DNA of 64,000 nucleotides, from the NCBI RefSeq assembly GCF_009914755.1, contig NC_060931.1. One strand, written 5' to 3'. A program made the translations under genes and the position numbers. This document shows positions 13,790-27,564 of the stretch, in pieces. The notes beneath the pieces are model-generated. The model did no database searches and had not been told where the DNA came from. It saw only the letters and a program-made list of their open reading frames with translations. The stretch's first letter is position 1; each line of letters opens with the position of its first letter. The stretch comes from the human T2T-CHM13v2.0 reference genome, Homo sapiens.

Positions 13790-14910
13790 CTAGGCTGATA
13801 ATTCATGATGTTCTTATTCCCCCTTCTAACATTTTTGACTAGTGGCTGTCTGTTACCACTTCCAAATGTAGGAACTCCCTAGTTCTTAAGACATCTCCAG
13901 CATCTTTAAATAGGTCTTAGTTTTAGAAAATCTTTTCTTTATGTTGTTCTGAATTCTTTCTTCCCGTCACTTGTGTCAGTTCTCCCCATTGGCACCACCA
14001 ATGTGAAGCTAACCCTTGCTCCCCATAAATGGATCTTTGTACATTTAAAGACGGTCACCCTGTGCCTCACCTGGAGTCATGTTTTTTTGGGATTCCTGCT
14101 GCAAAATGAGTGTCATTGTCACTTTGGCAACTTTCCTCTGGGTAATCTGCCTTTTTACATCCACTCTAAAGTATGCTGTTTAGAACTGGACATAAACCTA
14201 ATATAGCTGTGGTCTGGCTATAGAGAGCAGAACAGGACTGTCTCCTCCCTTGTTCTATTGTTTGTATTTCTATTAATGCAGCCTAAGCTTTTAATGGCTT
14301 TTTGTAGTAGCTGGAACTTGTACCTGACTCCTTCATTCAAGCAATATTTATTGAATGCCTGCTATGTACTAGAGTCTCTTCTATGCAAATGAAATCATGA
14401 GCCAAACAAAAGTATTTACATATTAGGGAATTGTATATAATGAAAGCCCTTTACTCTTTTCATAAGGTCTGTCATTAAATCATAGTCTCCAACTTGTAAT
14501 AATGCATTAACATTTATCCAAGTGTAGGATTTTACATTTTTCTAATTAAATTTTATCTTGAAAATATGTGGTATATTATTTTAACATTCTGAGATTTTAT
14601 GGAATCATGATCCCATTCTCTAATGCATTTACAATGACTTGGCTATGTGAACAAAAGTAATAAAGTTTGTAATGTTATTCTCAGTAGGAATTACCACATT
14701 GAATGGGGAAAGACTGAAGACTGAGCTATGTGACATGTGACTAGAAAACTCCAGATTGACACATAGCACATTGTTCAGTACCTTTGGGTATGAATACTTA
14801 ACTATATATTTGTCCACTTGATTGTTCCTGCATATAACTTATATCTCTGCCTTTTTTGTATGTGTGATAATGCCAGAAAAGGCTTTGTCAAATGCCTCGC
14901 TGAGACTTGT
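13790..14910 (-). mobile_element. L3/CR1 LINE remnant (RT region)
   Basis: gaactggacata...tgtggtctggc...tctattaatgcagcctaag and gctttgtcaaatgcct match recalled antisense L3 landmarks. Confidence 0.75.
14330..14430 (-). mobile_element. L2 3' end inserted in L3
   Basis: ttcattcaagcaatatttattgaatgcctgctatgt. Confidence 0.7.
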
Positions 14911-15831
14911 TTGCCAAATTTTGAGATCGTGTGAGGCATGATCGATCCTCTGTGCTTTTTGCAGCTCAGAGTTGGTGGATAGAAAGAAAAAAGGAGAGGA
15001 AATGGCTTTGTTTCTTGTCTTTAGAGCTGAACATAAGCAGTCCTGACTATAATGGTTGACTTCTCCACAGAACAAGGCCAGACATCCCTATTGTTCAAGG
15101 TACTAACAGGCTCAGTTTTAATGCAGCTACAACTGGTATCTCATATTAAATTTGGTGGGTAGACCACAGTGAGTGAGCTGAAAGTCAAGCAGTGGTCAGT
15201 TCTTGGGAGCCAGGGGAATGGGCAGTGGGCTCTCTGATTCTCTCTGTAGCTCTCTAACCTGGGAGGAGGGATAGTGTGAATGAAAAATATAAGTGGGGCT
15301 TGTGTTCTCTAGGTTGATATTTAAGTCAGGATTATGATCTTATAGGGGAGCCACAGAAGGTAACTAGTCAAAACTAAGGAGTTATGCCACCTGGAGAAGC
15401 ACAATCTTACAGTGTAGCCCAAATCAGGGAGAAAATAAGAAATTTAAATTGGAGAGTTTCCCTTCAGTGAGGTCGAGAGGGCTGATATAAGGAGACTCAG
15501 GAAACAATGTGACTTGGATCTTTGAATCCAAAGCTTCAAGGTGTAGGGCTAAGGATTTCAGTTTGATTCAACAATCCTTACAGCCAAGAAAAATGAATGA
15601 TGACAACCACCCTAGGTCCACTGGGGAAGACTTGAATGTAAACAAAATGTTAAAATATGATATATATGCTGTAAATATTATGTAGAGAACACCTCTTACT
15701 ATTTATATGAGATTAGGAATCAAGAGGAGAGATGACACTGATGTCAAAAGGTGATGATTGGATAATAGCTTTTTGGTAGATGGAGACAGGAAAAACATTT
15801 GGAGGAAGCAAGATGGACCATTTTTGGCTGA

Positions 15832-16180
15832 GCAGAAAAATTTATTTAGCATCAACCATATGCCAGGCACTATACTGGGCCATGGAAAAACAATAATGAA
15901 TGAGACTATGTCCCTTTGCTTAGAGAGCTTATTATCAAGCAAAACGGGAATCTGGAAATGTTATGGCCAGGAGGAATGATGCATGGGAAAAATGTGGAGT
16001 TAGGCCATGCAGGAATATAGTGTGTGCTTCTGAAAATCTGGGTTTTCAACTGTAGATAATAGAGAGCTATCAGAGGATTTTAAGTAGGAATACAATGGGG
16101 GCAAAATTTGTATTGTAAAAAAAAAAAAACTGCTGACAGCGTGGAAGATAAAGTGGAGGAAAAAGAGACTTGAAGCATTT
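15832..16180 (-). mobile_element. L2 fragment
   Basis: atttatttagcatcaaccatatgccaggcactatactggg...gagctatcagaggattttaagtagg. Confidence 0.75.
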
Positions 16181-16299
16181 TAAAATTTATGTCCCTAAAT
16201 ATTTTTATTCTCAACAACTTGAGATTTACAAGTGATTTGGGAGAAAGAGTAGACATACAAAAGAGCTAGTCTTGGATTTATTTGTAGGGTTCATAAACA

Positions 16300-16960
16300 T
16301 GATTCATAAGAAATAAAAACTTAATAGCTTAAACAAAAAAATCTTCTCTCACACAGTCTCTGAGGGGCAGGAACCTGGGAGGGGTTTAGTTGGGGTAGTC
16401 TGGCTCAGGATCTTTCATGAGGTTTCAGGCCAAATGTTGGCTAGGCATTCAGTCAGCTGAATGCTTGTCTGGGGCTTGAGATTCTGGTTGGAGGCCTCAG
16501 TTCCTCATTGGTTGAGAAAGAATGAATTAGTTGGCTTGGGCTATGGCAACAAGGTACCACAGACTGACTGGCTTACAAAACAGAAATGTATTTCCTGACA
16601 GTTTTGGAGTCTCAGATTGAGGTGCCAGTCTGTTAGATTCCTGGTGAGGCCTCTTCCTGGCTTGTAGACCTGCTTGCTATGTCCTCATGGCCTTTCTTGG
16701 TTTGTGAGTGTGAGGGAACATAGCGAGCAAGCTCTCTGGTGTCTCTTCTTTTAAGGACACTAATCCTATTGGATCAGAGCACCACGCATATGACTTCATT
16801 TAACTTTAATTTCTTCCTTAAGAGGCCCCATTTCCAAATATAGCCACATTGATGGTTAGGGCTTGAACATATGCATTTGGGGGAGACACGAACATTCAGT
16901 CCATAACCAAAAGAGGAGAGAGAGAGAGAAAGAGAGAGACAGAACAGAACCACACTGTCT
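16300..16960 (-). mobile_element. Old MLT1 (F/G-type) LTR split by an MLT1A insertion
   Basis: aaaacttaatagcttaaac...tctgaggggcaggaa...ggctcaggatctttcatgagg; purine-rich continuation after 16910. Confidence 0.6.
16523..16909 (-). mobile_element. MLT1A/A0 LTR
   Basis: gtaccacagactgactggctta...aaggacactaatcctattggatcag...aacattcagtccataacc. Confidence 0.85.
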
Positions 16961-17744
16961 TAAATTAGTGTAAACAAATAAGTATGGCTTTATTCTGATA
17001 ACACTTGATTTAAACAAAAATCAGCAGCCAGCTGAATTTTGCCTGTGGAGTGTAGTTTATCAAACTCGTCGGCATGTATCCCAGTTTTTTGACTTGCTAG
17101 TCTAGTGCTCTATCAAAGAATGAATTAAAGTAAAATCTACACAATCTACAATTTATTCTAAGTGACCACAGGCTGGGGCTTGATGATTTTGTATTCCTTT
17201 TGAAAACATTTACACACCTTGCTTTCAATGATCTAGGCTAGCATTTTGCATGTCATCGATTTTGAGCTCACGGCTCAGCAGAATCCATCTTTGACTCTGG
17301 ACAATTGAAAGAACATTTTCCCAGATTTCCTCTTTGGGTATTTGTATGTTTTTAAGAATTGGTGTCGACAATATGGCATTTTGATGATAAATTCTTTTAG
17401 CACTCTGAATTATGGTGTCCCTCTCCCTGGGAATTTGAGGTCATTTAGATCACCTGGATTCTCTCTTCTAATCACCTTGCTCATCATGGACCTCAAACCT
17501 TTCTTTTCAGTATTCTATTCTTCTCTCTTTCAAGTTACATGCAAAGATGGGGTAGAAAAACCTTGTTTTCTTTTTCTCATGCATTAGTATAATACTACCG
17601 CTAGCACAAACAGAGCTCAGGCCACACATCTTCCACCATTTACTATCCTTTCCTCTGCTCTTTAGCATAGTCCAACTTGTTTTAAGAGGCATTTTTATAC
17701 CCTGGCTGCACTTTCCCATCTTCTTCTCAAGCCTGGGGAGGGAA

Positions 17745-17992
17745 ATAGAAATACAAATTCAGGAAGCCCAGAGAACAAATAGGATGACTCCAAAGAGATT
17801 CATACTGTCACACATTATAATTAAATTGTCAAAAGTTAAAGACTAACAGACATACATAGAACATTCCATCCAGCAGCAACAGAACACAAGTTCTTCTCAA
17901 GCACAATGTTCTCCACTATAGCTCATATGTTAGGCCAAAAAACAAGTCTTAACAAATTTAAGAAGATTGAAATCATATCAAATATCTTTTTC
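17745..17992 (+). mobile_element. L1M fragment (ORF1 piece joined to an ORF2 endonuclease piece)
   Basis: attcaggaagcccagaga...cacattataattaaattgtcaaaag, then taacagacatacatagaacattccatcc...aagattgaaatcatatcaa. Confidence 0.75.
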
Positions 17993-18723
17993 TTTATTTT
18001 TTAACATACTTCTACTTGGATTTCTTTCACACCTATCAACTAGAGTAGTACTCAATTAACTAAAACTGCTCCGATGAATAAAAATCAAGTACATTTTTAA
18101 AGAATATTTATTTGGATGATTGCCTGTCCAAAAGTCTTACTACTCTAGGCGTAGACCTGTCTTCAATAAACACCTCACTTAAACCATAATCCTGATCTAA
18201 TTTCTCTCCTTGGTTCTCCCTTTCTGTTATTGTGGACAGAGGAATGTCAGCATCTTATATTCATAAGTACAATATTTTTATGGGATAGATTATAAAAACA
18301 TGACTCAGAAATAATTCCACAGTTGGAACCAAGTCTTTTCTACTCCAGACCCAAGAATAGCTCTTTGTACTGGCCTTTCCCCTTTCAATTCTGGTATTAG
18401 ATGAAAGTTGAATATTAAAAAAATTCAATGTCTTGTTTTATATATAGAAGTTATAAATATATATAACTAAGAACAACATATCATTTTATTTGAGCATTAA
18501 ATTTAAAAACATTAAAATTTAAAATACTGCCACTTTTGTCTGTTAAAAAAGAGGCAAAAAATGCTAGTTCAGTTTGCAAAATTCTGAGACAGAGGTGGTA
18601 GAACATTTTGAAATGCATTTTTATAAACAGCTGCTCTGCCTGTTGTGATTAGATAAAGAAGCTATTTATTCTGCTTTGGTGATATTTCAAATCTTACAAG
18701 CACCTCACAATAAAAACTGTGGG

Positions 18724-18819
18724 AGCCAATTTACCAAATGGCCAGTTTGCCAGATGACCTTGCTTCTTTTAGGTACATTAATTTTGGTTAACCAGTTTTT
18801 ATTTTGTCTTTATGATTGC
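18724..18819 (+). repeat. Copy A of an unassigned 96-bp direct repeat
   Basis: Ungapped alignment to 22188-22283, 78/96 identical by hand count. Confidence 0.85.
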
Positions 18820-19086
18820 AAATGTTAAAACTTCTACACATCAAATGGTACATTGAAATTATATTTACTAGAATAATAGAAATATTTAATAGAAAATCTT
18901 TTATTTACATATTTTATTGATGTCATTTATTTATTTTAGGTGCAAATGCTGAATTCATTTTTAAAATAGATATTTCTATTTTTTCTGCTACTGTGAAATT
19001 ACATTTTACAATTTATCATCTTGATTTGAAAATTGAGATGTGTTATAAAACATTTTAATGCATATGTTTTTAAAAGATGGTGTATA

Positions 19087-19463
<377 letters not shown>

Positions 19464-19690
19464 TTAGAGAACTCAGAAAACATGTCATCATTGATGTAAC
19501 TTAAGCATATAAGGATCAGCTTTGGGGAAGGATTCTTCTGCACCACAAAGATTCCCATTAAGGCAATTATATTTATCAGATTGTCAGAGATGAGAGAATG
19601 AAGGTGGATATGTCCACTCCAAAAACTATAATAGGATGTTATAATGAAGAATCAGCAGGATTTTTGCTTAAAAACCAAATGAGACATTAA

Positions 19691-19808
19691 GGCTGGGTGT
19701 GATGACTCATGCCTGTAATCCCAGCATTATGGGAGTCTGAGGCGACAGGATCACTTGAGCCCAGGAGTTTGAGACCAGCATTTCTACTTAAAAAAAAAAT
19801 AAGAAAAT
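19691..19808 (+). mobile_element. FLAM / free left Alu monomer
   Basis: Single monomer plus A tail; TSD aaatgagacattaa / aaatgggccattaa. Confidence 0.85.
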
Positions 19809-20073
19809 AAATGGGCCATTAAAAAGCAAAATTTCAGCAAACAGAATAGAAAATTATGAGGAACTTTTTTTTCTAATTTTTATCAATAAGCTTATTAAAA
19901 ATAGTAAAATGACCCACATATACAAACATAGGCCAAAAGCTGAGAAATAAAAATTAAATAACAATTTATTTCTATGAGTAAAATAGTTTTGAGGCCTAAA
20001 TAAAAGTGTGGAATTTGCTATAGTGCATTTGTTTTTGGTTAAATATTTTGATAAGAAATAAAAGTGGACAAAT

Positions 20074-21413
20074 TTTATTTATTTATTTATTTTTTCTTTT
20101 TTCTTTCTTTTTTTAAATTATACTTTAAGTTCTAGGGTACATGTGCACAATGTGCAGGTTTGTTACATATGTATACATGTGCCATGTTGGTGTGCTGCAC
20201 CCGTTAACTCGACATTTACATTAGGTATATCTCCTAATGCTATCCCTCCCCCCTCCCCCACACCCCACCACAGGCACTGTTGTGTGATGTTCCCCACTCT
20301 GTGTCTAAGTGTTCTCATTGTTCAATTCCCACCTATGAGTGAGAACATGCAGTGTTTGGTTTTCTGTCCTTGTGATAGTTTGCTGAGAATGATGGTTTCC
20401 AGCTTCATCCGTGTCCCTACAAAGGACGTGAACTCATCCTTTCTTATGGCTGCATAGTATTCCACAGTGTATATGTGCCACTTTTTCTTAATCCAGTCTA
20501 ACATTGATGGACATTTGGGTTGGTTCTAAGTCTTTGCTATTGTGAATAGTGCTGCAATAACCGTATGTGTGCATGTGTCTTTATAGCAGCATGATTTATA
20601 ATCCTTTGGGTATATACCCAGTAATGGGATGGCTGGGTCAAATGGTATTTCTAGTTCTAGATCCTTGAGGAATCGCCACACTGTCTTCCATAATGGTTGA
20701 ACTAGTTTACAGTCCCACCAACAGTGTAAAAGTGTTCCTATTTCTCCACATCCTCTCTAGCACCTGTTGTTTCCTGACTTTTTAATGCTCGCCATTCTAA
20801 CTGGTGTGAGATGGTATCTCATTGTGGTTTTGATTTGCATTTCTCTGATGGCTAATGATGATGAGCATTTTTTCATGTATCTGTTGGCTGCATAAATGTC
20901 TTCTTTTGAGAAGTGTCTGTTCATATCCTTCGCTCACGTTTTGATGGGGTTGTTTGATTTTTTTCTTGTAAATTTGTTTAAGTTCTTTGTAGATTCTGGA
21001 TATTAGCCCTTTGTCAGATGGGTAGATTGTAAAAATTTTCTCCCATTCTGTAGGTTGCCTGTTCACTCTGATGATAGCTTCTTTTGCTGTGCAGAAGCTC
21101 TTTAGTTTAATTAGATCCCATTTGTCAATTTTGGCTTTTGTTGCCATTGCTTTTGGTGTTTTAGTCATGAAGTCCTTGCCCATGCCTATGTCCTGAATGG
21201 TATTGCCTAGGTTTTCTTCTAGGGTTTTTATGGTTTTAGGTCTAACATGTAAGTCTTTAATCCATCTTGAATTAATTTTTGTATAATGTTGTAAGGAAAG
21301 GATCCAGTTTCAGCTTTCTACATATGACTAGCCAGTTTTCCCAGCAACATTTATTAAATAGGGGAATCCTTTCCCCATTTCTTGTTTTTGTCAGGCTTGT
21401 CAAAGATCAGATG
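20074..21413 (-). mobile_element. 5'-truncated L1PA (about L1PA5)
   Basis: T-rich tail; ttatactttaagttctagggtacatgtgcac; ORF2 remnant [31 protein letters not shown] (20797-21183). Confidence 0.95.
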
Positions 21414-21549
21414 AATGCCAAAAGCAAACAAATGTTAGTTCTGTTAACAAAGATCTACATGCCAAATTGTTGGATCCTGTCACCCTCAAAGAAAATAGGT
21501 TAAGTGTAATATAATTTCTCTGGGGACTTTGGAGGTATTAGGCTATTTG

Positions 21550-21892
21550 TGATGCAAAACTTTGCTTCTCCATTCAGCTAAAACTGGGTTCTTGTCACAC
21601 AATCAGGAAAGATTAGGCATGCGGACACCTTGAAGATTGAGTAGAGAAGAATTTATTGGGTGAAAAGGAAAAAAGGAACAAAAAACTGTCAGCAAAATGA
21701 GAGGGGATCCTGCAAGCAGGCTGCCATCTCACATACTGAATTCCAAGCCACCACTCTTGAGCTAAAGAGGCCAGGCTCCTCCCCACTGCACAAGGCATGA
21801 ACTTCCCTTAGCTCCACCCCATTCTCCCAGTGTGCTGGTGGGTTGAGGATGCTCCACGGACTCTCCTTTTTATCTGCTTCTTGCATCTATCA
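21550..21892 (-). mobile_element. ERV1 solo LTR (MER4 group, MER61-like)
   Basis: TG...CA ends, antisense polyA signal (tttatt), perfect 4-bp TSD tttg/tttg. Confidence 0.8.
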
Positions 21893-22187
21893 TTTGGATA
21901 GAAGGTTATTTATTGTGATTCTCTCTGTAAATCTGTTCTCAATGAACAGAAAAAAAAAACTAGGTGATAAGATAATAACTGGGTGGAGAGAGAAAGATGT
22001 CAAGAATAAACGGATCTCAAATGAGGATTATATCAAAACATGCTCTAATAGGGGCCAGATGAGAAGACCATTATCTACATAAACGAAGCATAACCTGGCT
22101 CCCACCAATTTCTATTAAAAGTTTGGCTGATGTCACTTTAGAAGAGCCAGGCTTATGTAGAAATGAGCTCTAGGTCAATAAGCCAAA

Positions 22188-22283
22188 AGTCAGTTCATCA
22201 AGTGGCCAATTGGCCAAATGACCTTGTTTCTTTTAACTATATTAATTTTAGTTAACTGGTTTTCATTTTGTCTTCATGATAGC
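22188..22283 (+). repeat. Copy B of the unassigned 96-bp direct repeat
   Basis: Ungapped alignment to 18724-18819. Confidence 0.85.
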
Positions 22284-24195
22284 TTTTAAAATAATGATCC
22301 ATTTGCTTCTCCCCCAGTTTACTAAATAATGTTCTTTTTGTTTCTACTGCAGCTGAAGACCAAGGGCCAGAGGGAGGGAAAGACTGACAGGCATAAAGAC
22401 ATGTTTTTGATTATAAAAAATTCTTAACAATATATTATTCATGAATATATTCTATATATGGATATATTCTTCATGAATGTATTCATTTAAATTTATATAT
22501 ATATATAAACAGAATTTATCTTTAGGAGACTAGATTGTTATGAATATATTTTTCTTAAGAATAGGAATATATAACTCATAAATATTTTAGAATATTAGGA
22601 ATTTCAAGTTTAATTTTGATTTTATTCTTGAATCGAATCTGTCTCTCCTTTCTCTCTTCATACCTCAAATCCTCCTCTTTTTTCTCCCCCATTGCTAGCT
22701 CTTGAGCATGGTGTCATGAAGACAAAATAAGAACCAGTCAATATAGTCAGAAAAAATAAATAAATTAGGTAAATTAGTGAGTTATCTGACCTCTGTGGGG
22801 ATGCAAACTTGGTGTGGTTGAGGGAAAGTTAATTTGTAATATTTTCTAAAGGAAATATAAGGATGATACTTTGCTTATAAGAAGAGCAGGATAAATTATA
22901 TCACATAGCTATTAGCACAAATGCTTGGAATGAACATTTTACAACTGTTTTGGATCATTCCTATAATGGCTGCACCTTTGTAAAGATTTATGATTTTAAT
23001 GCAAGATTGATTTAGAGTCTACATGACTATTATGCAAGATTTGTAGTCCTGCATTGGATTTGTCACTTCACCCTTCATCAAATGGAGGGTAAAAAAGGCC
23101 TTACATGCGCTGAGTTAAAAGAGAAGAAAAGGTAAATAAATTATATGAAGATATTTATATTTGATGTATGTCATAAGTTTGCAGATAATGCTATTAAATA
23201 AGCAAATCCTGCTGAATTTAAGGAATAGGGGAATTGTCTTTTAGTTATCTTATTTGAGAGATTTAAATAAGCCCACAGTAAAAAGCATACACAGAAAGCA
23301 ATGTGTTTCCCAATACTTTAATAGAAAGCCTGGTCAGAGCTTCCTGCCTATCTGTTGATTCACTGTACAACACTGTGCTGTGAACGGGTCAGTTACATCC
23401 TTTTCCAGTTACCCTGTTTTGCTGTATGAATGCAATTCTTTTCTATGTGTGCTGCATTGTAAGCAAGGTGGAAAGTACTGGCTAGACAATGCTAATATTA
23501 AAAACAATTTTTATTTTAGCCTTTAAGAATTGTGTGATTGCCACTTTACACTGATACCCTCTGGCAAAAAGACTAACAACAGCAAAAAAAGTCAATGAAC
23601 CTTTTTTTTTTCTTTGCCTTCTTAAAGAATTGACTAAAAAATTGCTCCTGACCAACAGTTTTAAAATTCAGTCAACTTCACAGGGAAAGCAAGTGACTGA
23701 ACACTGTTAGGGAATGACTCCTCCACTCCAATGCCATCAAATTAGATGTAATGAGTAGGTGACCTGAATACCATGTATGAAATCTGTTATTCTGAGAAAC
23801 TCATTTGATTACTGAATCAGGGATTTAAAGGGTGACTTCCATAATAATTAAACCAGAAATAAAATAGTCCTAGAAAGATAAGTAAGTGACAGTCTCTTGC
23901 TTTGATTTCTAGATCTCCATTATCTGAAAATTCATCTGAAAGGCAGTAGGCAAGAGTTGAAACAACAGGGTGCCATTTCTTTAGAAAAAAAAGATATCTC
24001 AAAACTGAAAATATTAATAGAACCTTACTTACTAACGTGGATAATTGATAGAACATTGATCTGAATGAATGAAAACACTGAATTGCAAAATTTATTCAAA
24101 GAAAGTTAGTTCATTCTAAATTTATAGTTATACAAATAAGCTTAATAAAATATGTTGTTATTAAATGTCCTTTATATCAAGTGGAAATAATTCAT

Positions 24196-24640
24196 GATTG
24201 GTTAGCTTCCTAGGACTTCTGTAACGAAGTACCACAAACTGTGTGGCTTAAAACAACAGAAATGTATTCTCTCATGGTTCTAGAGACTAGAAGTCTGAAA
24301 TCAAGAGCTGGCAGGTTGGTTCCTTCTGAAGACCTTGAGAGAGAATCTGTTTCATGACTCTCAGCTGCTGGTATTTGCCAGCAATCTTCGGTGTTCTGTC
24401 GTCTAGATGTATCACTCTAATCTCTGCTTCTGTTTTCACATGACATTCTCTCCATGTATCTCCCTGTGTTCAAATTTCTCTCTTCTGTATAAGGACATGA
24501 CTCATTGGCTTAGGGCCCACCCTAGTCCAGTATGACCTCATCTTAACTAATTACATCTGTGAAGACCCTATTTACAAATAAGGTCACATTCTGAGGTTCT
24601 GAATGGATCTGAATTTTGGGGAACACTATTCAACCCAGTA
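24196..24640 (-). mobile_element. MLT1C-like LTR
   Basis: gtaccacaaactgtgtggcttaaaacaacagaaat...tatgacctcatcttaactaattacatctg...aacactattcaaccc. Confidence 0.85.
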
Positions 24641-24756
24641 TAATTAATACAGTAAACCACCAGCCCAGACAATTAGCTACACCTGGTACAGACACTAATG
24701 AGTTGTTTGCAATACATCTGCAAGGCTTTAAATTGTTTTTTAAGAAACAAAATTTG

Positions 24757-25048
<292 letters not shown>

Positions 25049-25556
25049 CTATATCTATATTTTTATTACCAATTTCTTGGTGACTCTTTAATATTGATAT
25101 GATAAACTTAGCTCATTTCTTCTTTTAATTACCACATATTCTAAATGTATTAAATTAGAACAAATGATTTTATCATAATTATACTTGGAATTCATTAGTA
25201 TAACCATCATCTACAGAATAACACCCATTTTTTGGAGGACAATTAATGTGATGAAGGGAATGCAGCGAAAGTATATTATCTAAAGTGATATTTTTTTCAA
25301 TTAAATGGCTCATGAATCTAATTTGTTCATACCAATATGTAATGGCTGCTGGAGAAATAAACTGTAAACTATGTTTGAATGGTATCAGGCTGGATTACCC
25401 TGCTACCTCCCTGTCCTCTAGTTTTCTTGGGCTGACTTTATTTTAAAATCCAAAAAGAGTATAGTGACATCCATACTACCTACCTGGAGGAGCCCACTGG
25501 TGCTCTCGTTAATATGTTTGCTAATTCCTGGGTAATGGGGAGAAGAGGTTACCTTC

Positions 25557-27564
25557 TGTATTAGTCCATTCCCACACTGCTAATGAAGACATACCCAAGA
25601 CTGGATAATTTATAAAGGAAAGAGGTTTAATTGACTTACAGTTCAGCATGGCTGGGAGGCCTCAGGAAACTTACAATCACGATGGAAGGTGAAGGGGAAG
25701 CAAGGCACCTTCTTCATAAGGTGGCAGAAAGGAGAAGTGCCAAGTGAAGGGGGAAGAGCCCCTTATAAAACCATCAGATTTTGTGAGAACTCACTCACTA
25801 TCATGAGAAAAGCACGGGGGACACCACCCATATGATTCAATTACCTCCACTTCGTCTCTCCCTTGACACATGGGAATTATGGGGATTCCAATTCAAGATG
25901 AGATTTGGGTAGGGACACAAAGCCTAACCATATCATTCTGCTCTGGCCCCTTCAAAATCTCATGTCCCTTTCATATTTTAAAATCAGCCATGCCTCCCAA
26001 CAGTCCCCCAAAGTCTTAACTCATTCCAGCATTAACCCAAAAGTCCAAGTCCAAAGTCTTATGTGAGACAAGGCAAGTCCCTTCTGCCTATGATCCTGTA
26101 AAATCGAAAGTAAGTTAGTTACTTCCTAGATACAATGGTGGTACAGGCGTTTGGTAAATACATGCATTCCAAATGGGTGAAATTGGCCAAAACAAAGGGG
26201 CTACAGGACCCATGCAAGTCTGAAATCCAGCAGGACAGTCAAATCTTAAAGCTCTGAAATGATCTCCTTTGACTCCATGTCTCACATCCAGGTCATGCTG
26301 ATGCAAAATGTGGGCTCCCATGGCCTTGGGCAGTTCCACCTCTATGGCTTTTCAGGATACAACCCCTTTCCTGGCTGCTTTCATGAGCTGGCGTTGAGTA
26401 TCTGCATCTTTTCCAGGCACACAGTGCAAGCTGTTGGTGGATCTACCATTCTGGGGTCTAGAGGATGGTGGCCATCTTCTCACAGCTCCACTAGGCAGTG
26501 CACCAGTGTGGATTCTGTGTGGGGGCTTTGATCTCACATTTCCTTCTGTACTGCCCTAGCAGAGGTTCTCCATGAGGGCTCCACCCCTGCAGAAAACTTC
26601 TGCCTCAATATTCAGGCATTTCCTTACATCCTCCGAAATCTAGGTGAAGTTCCCAAATCTTATTTCTTGACTTCTGTGTACCTGCAGGCTCAACACCATG
26701 TGGAAATGTCAAGGGTTAGGGTTTGCACCTTCTGAAACCTGACCTGTATCTTGGCCCCTTTTAGCCACAGCTGGGATGCATGACGCCAAGTCTCAAAACT
26801 GCACAAAGCAGCAAGGCCCTGGCCATAGCCCATGAAACTATTTTTTCCTCCTGAACCTCTGGTCCTGTGATGGGAGGACCTGCTATGAAGTTTTCTGACA
26901 TGGCTTGGAGCCATTTTCCCCATTGTCTTGGAAATTAACATTTGACTCCTCATTACTTATGCAAATTTCTGCAGCTAGCTTGAATTTCTCCTCAGAAAAT
27001 TGGTTTTTCTTTTCTATTGCATTGTCTGGCTGCAAATTTTCTAAACTTTTATGTTCTGCTTCCCCCTTAAACATAAGTTCCAATTCAAAATCATATTTTT
27101 GTTAATACATAAAACTGAATGCTTTTAAGAGCACCTAAGTCACATCTTGAATGCTTTGTTGCTTAGAAATTTCTTCTGCCATATACCCTAAATCATCTCC
27201 CTCCAGTTCAAAGCTCCACAGATCTCTAGGGCAGGGGCAAAATGACGCTTTGCTAATTCCTGGGTAATGGGGAGAAGAGGTTACCTTTGCTAAAGCATAG
27301 CAAGAATCACCTTTATTCCAGTTCCCAACAAGTTCTTTATCTCCATTGAGATCGCTTCAGCCTGAACTTTATTGTCCATATCACTATCAGCATTTTGGTC
27401 AAAGCCATTCAACAAGTCTCTAGGAAGTTCCAAACTTTCCCACATCTTCCTGTCTTCTGAGCTCTCCAAGTCTCTAGGAAGTACAAACCTCTGCCTGTTA
27501 CCCATTTCAAAGTCACTTCCACATTTTCTGTATCTTTACAGCAGGACAAAGCCTAATCGTATCA
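25557..27564 (-). mobile_element. THE1D-like provirus: 3'LTR 25557-25935, internal region, 5'LTR reduced to ~20 bp
   Basis: tgtattagtcc...gcctaaccatatca LTR; THE1-int ORFs (MELPKAMG, SEEDRKMWESLELPRD); ends gacaaagcctaatcgtatca; TSD ccttc/cctcc. Confidence 0.93.
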
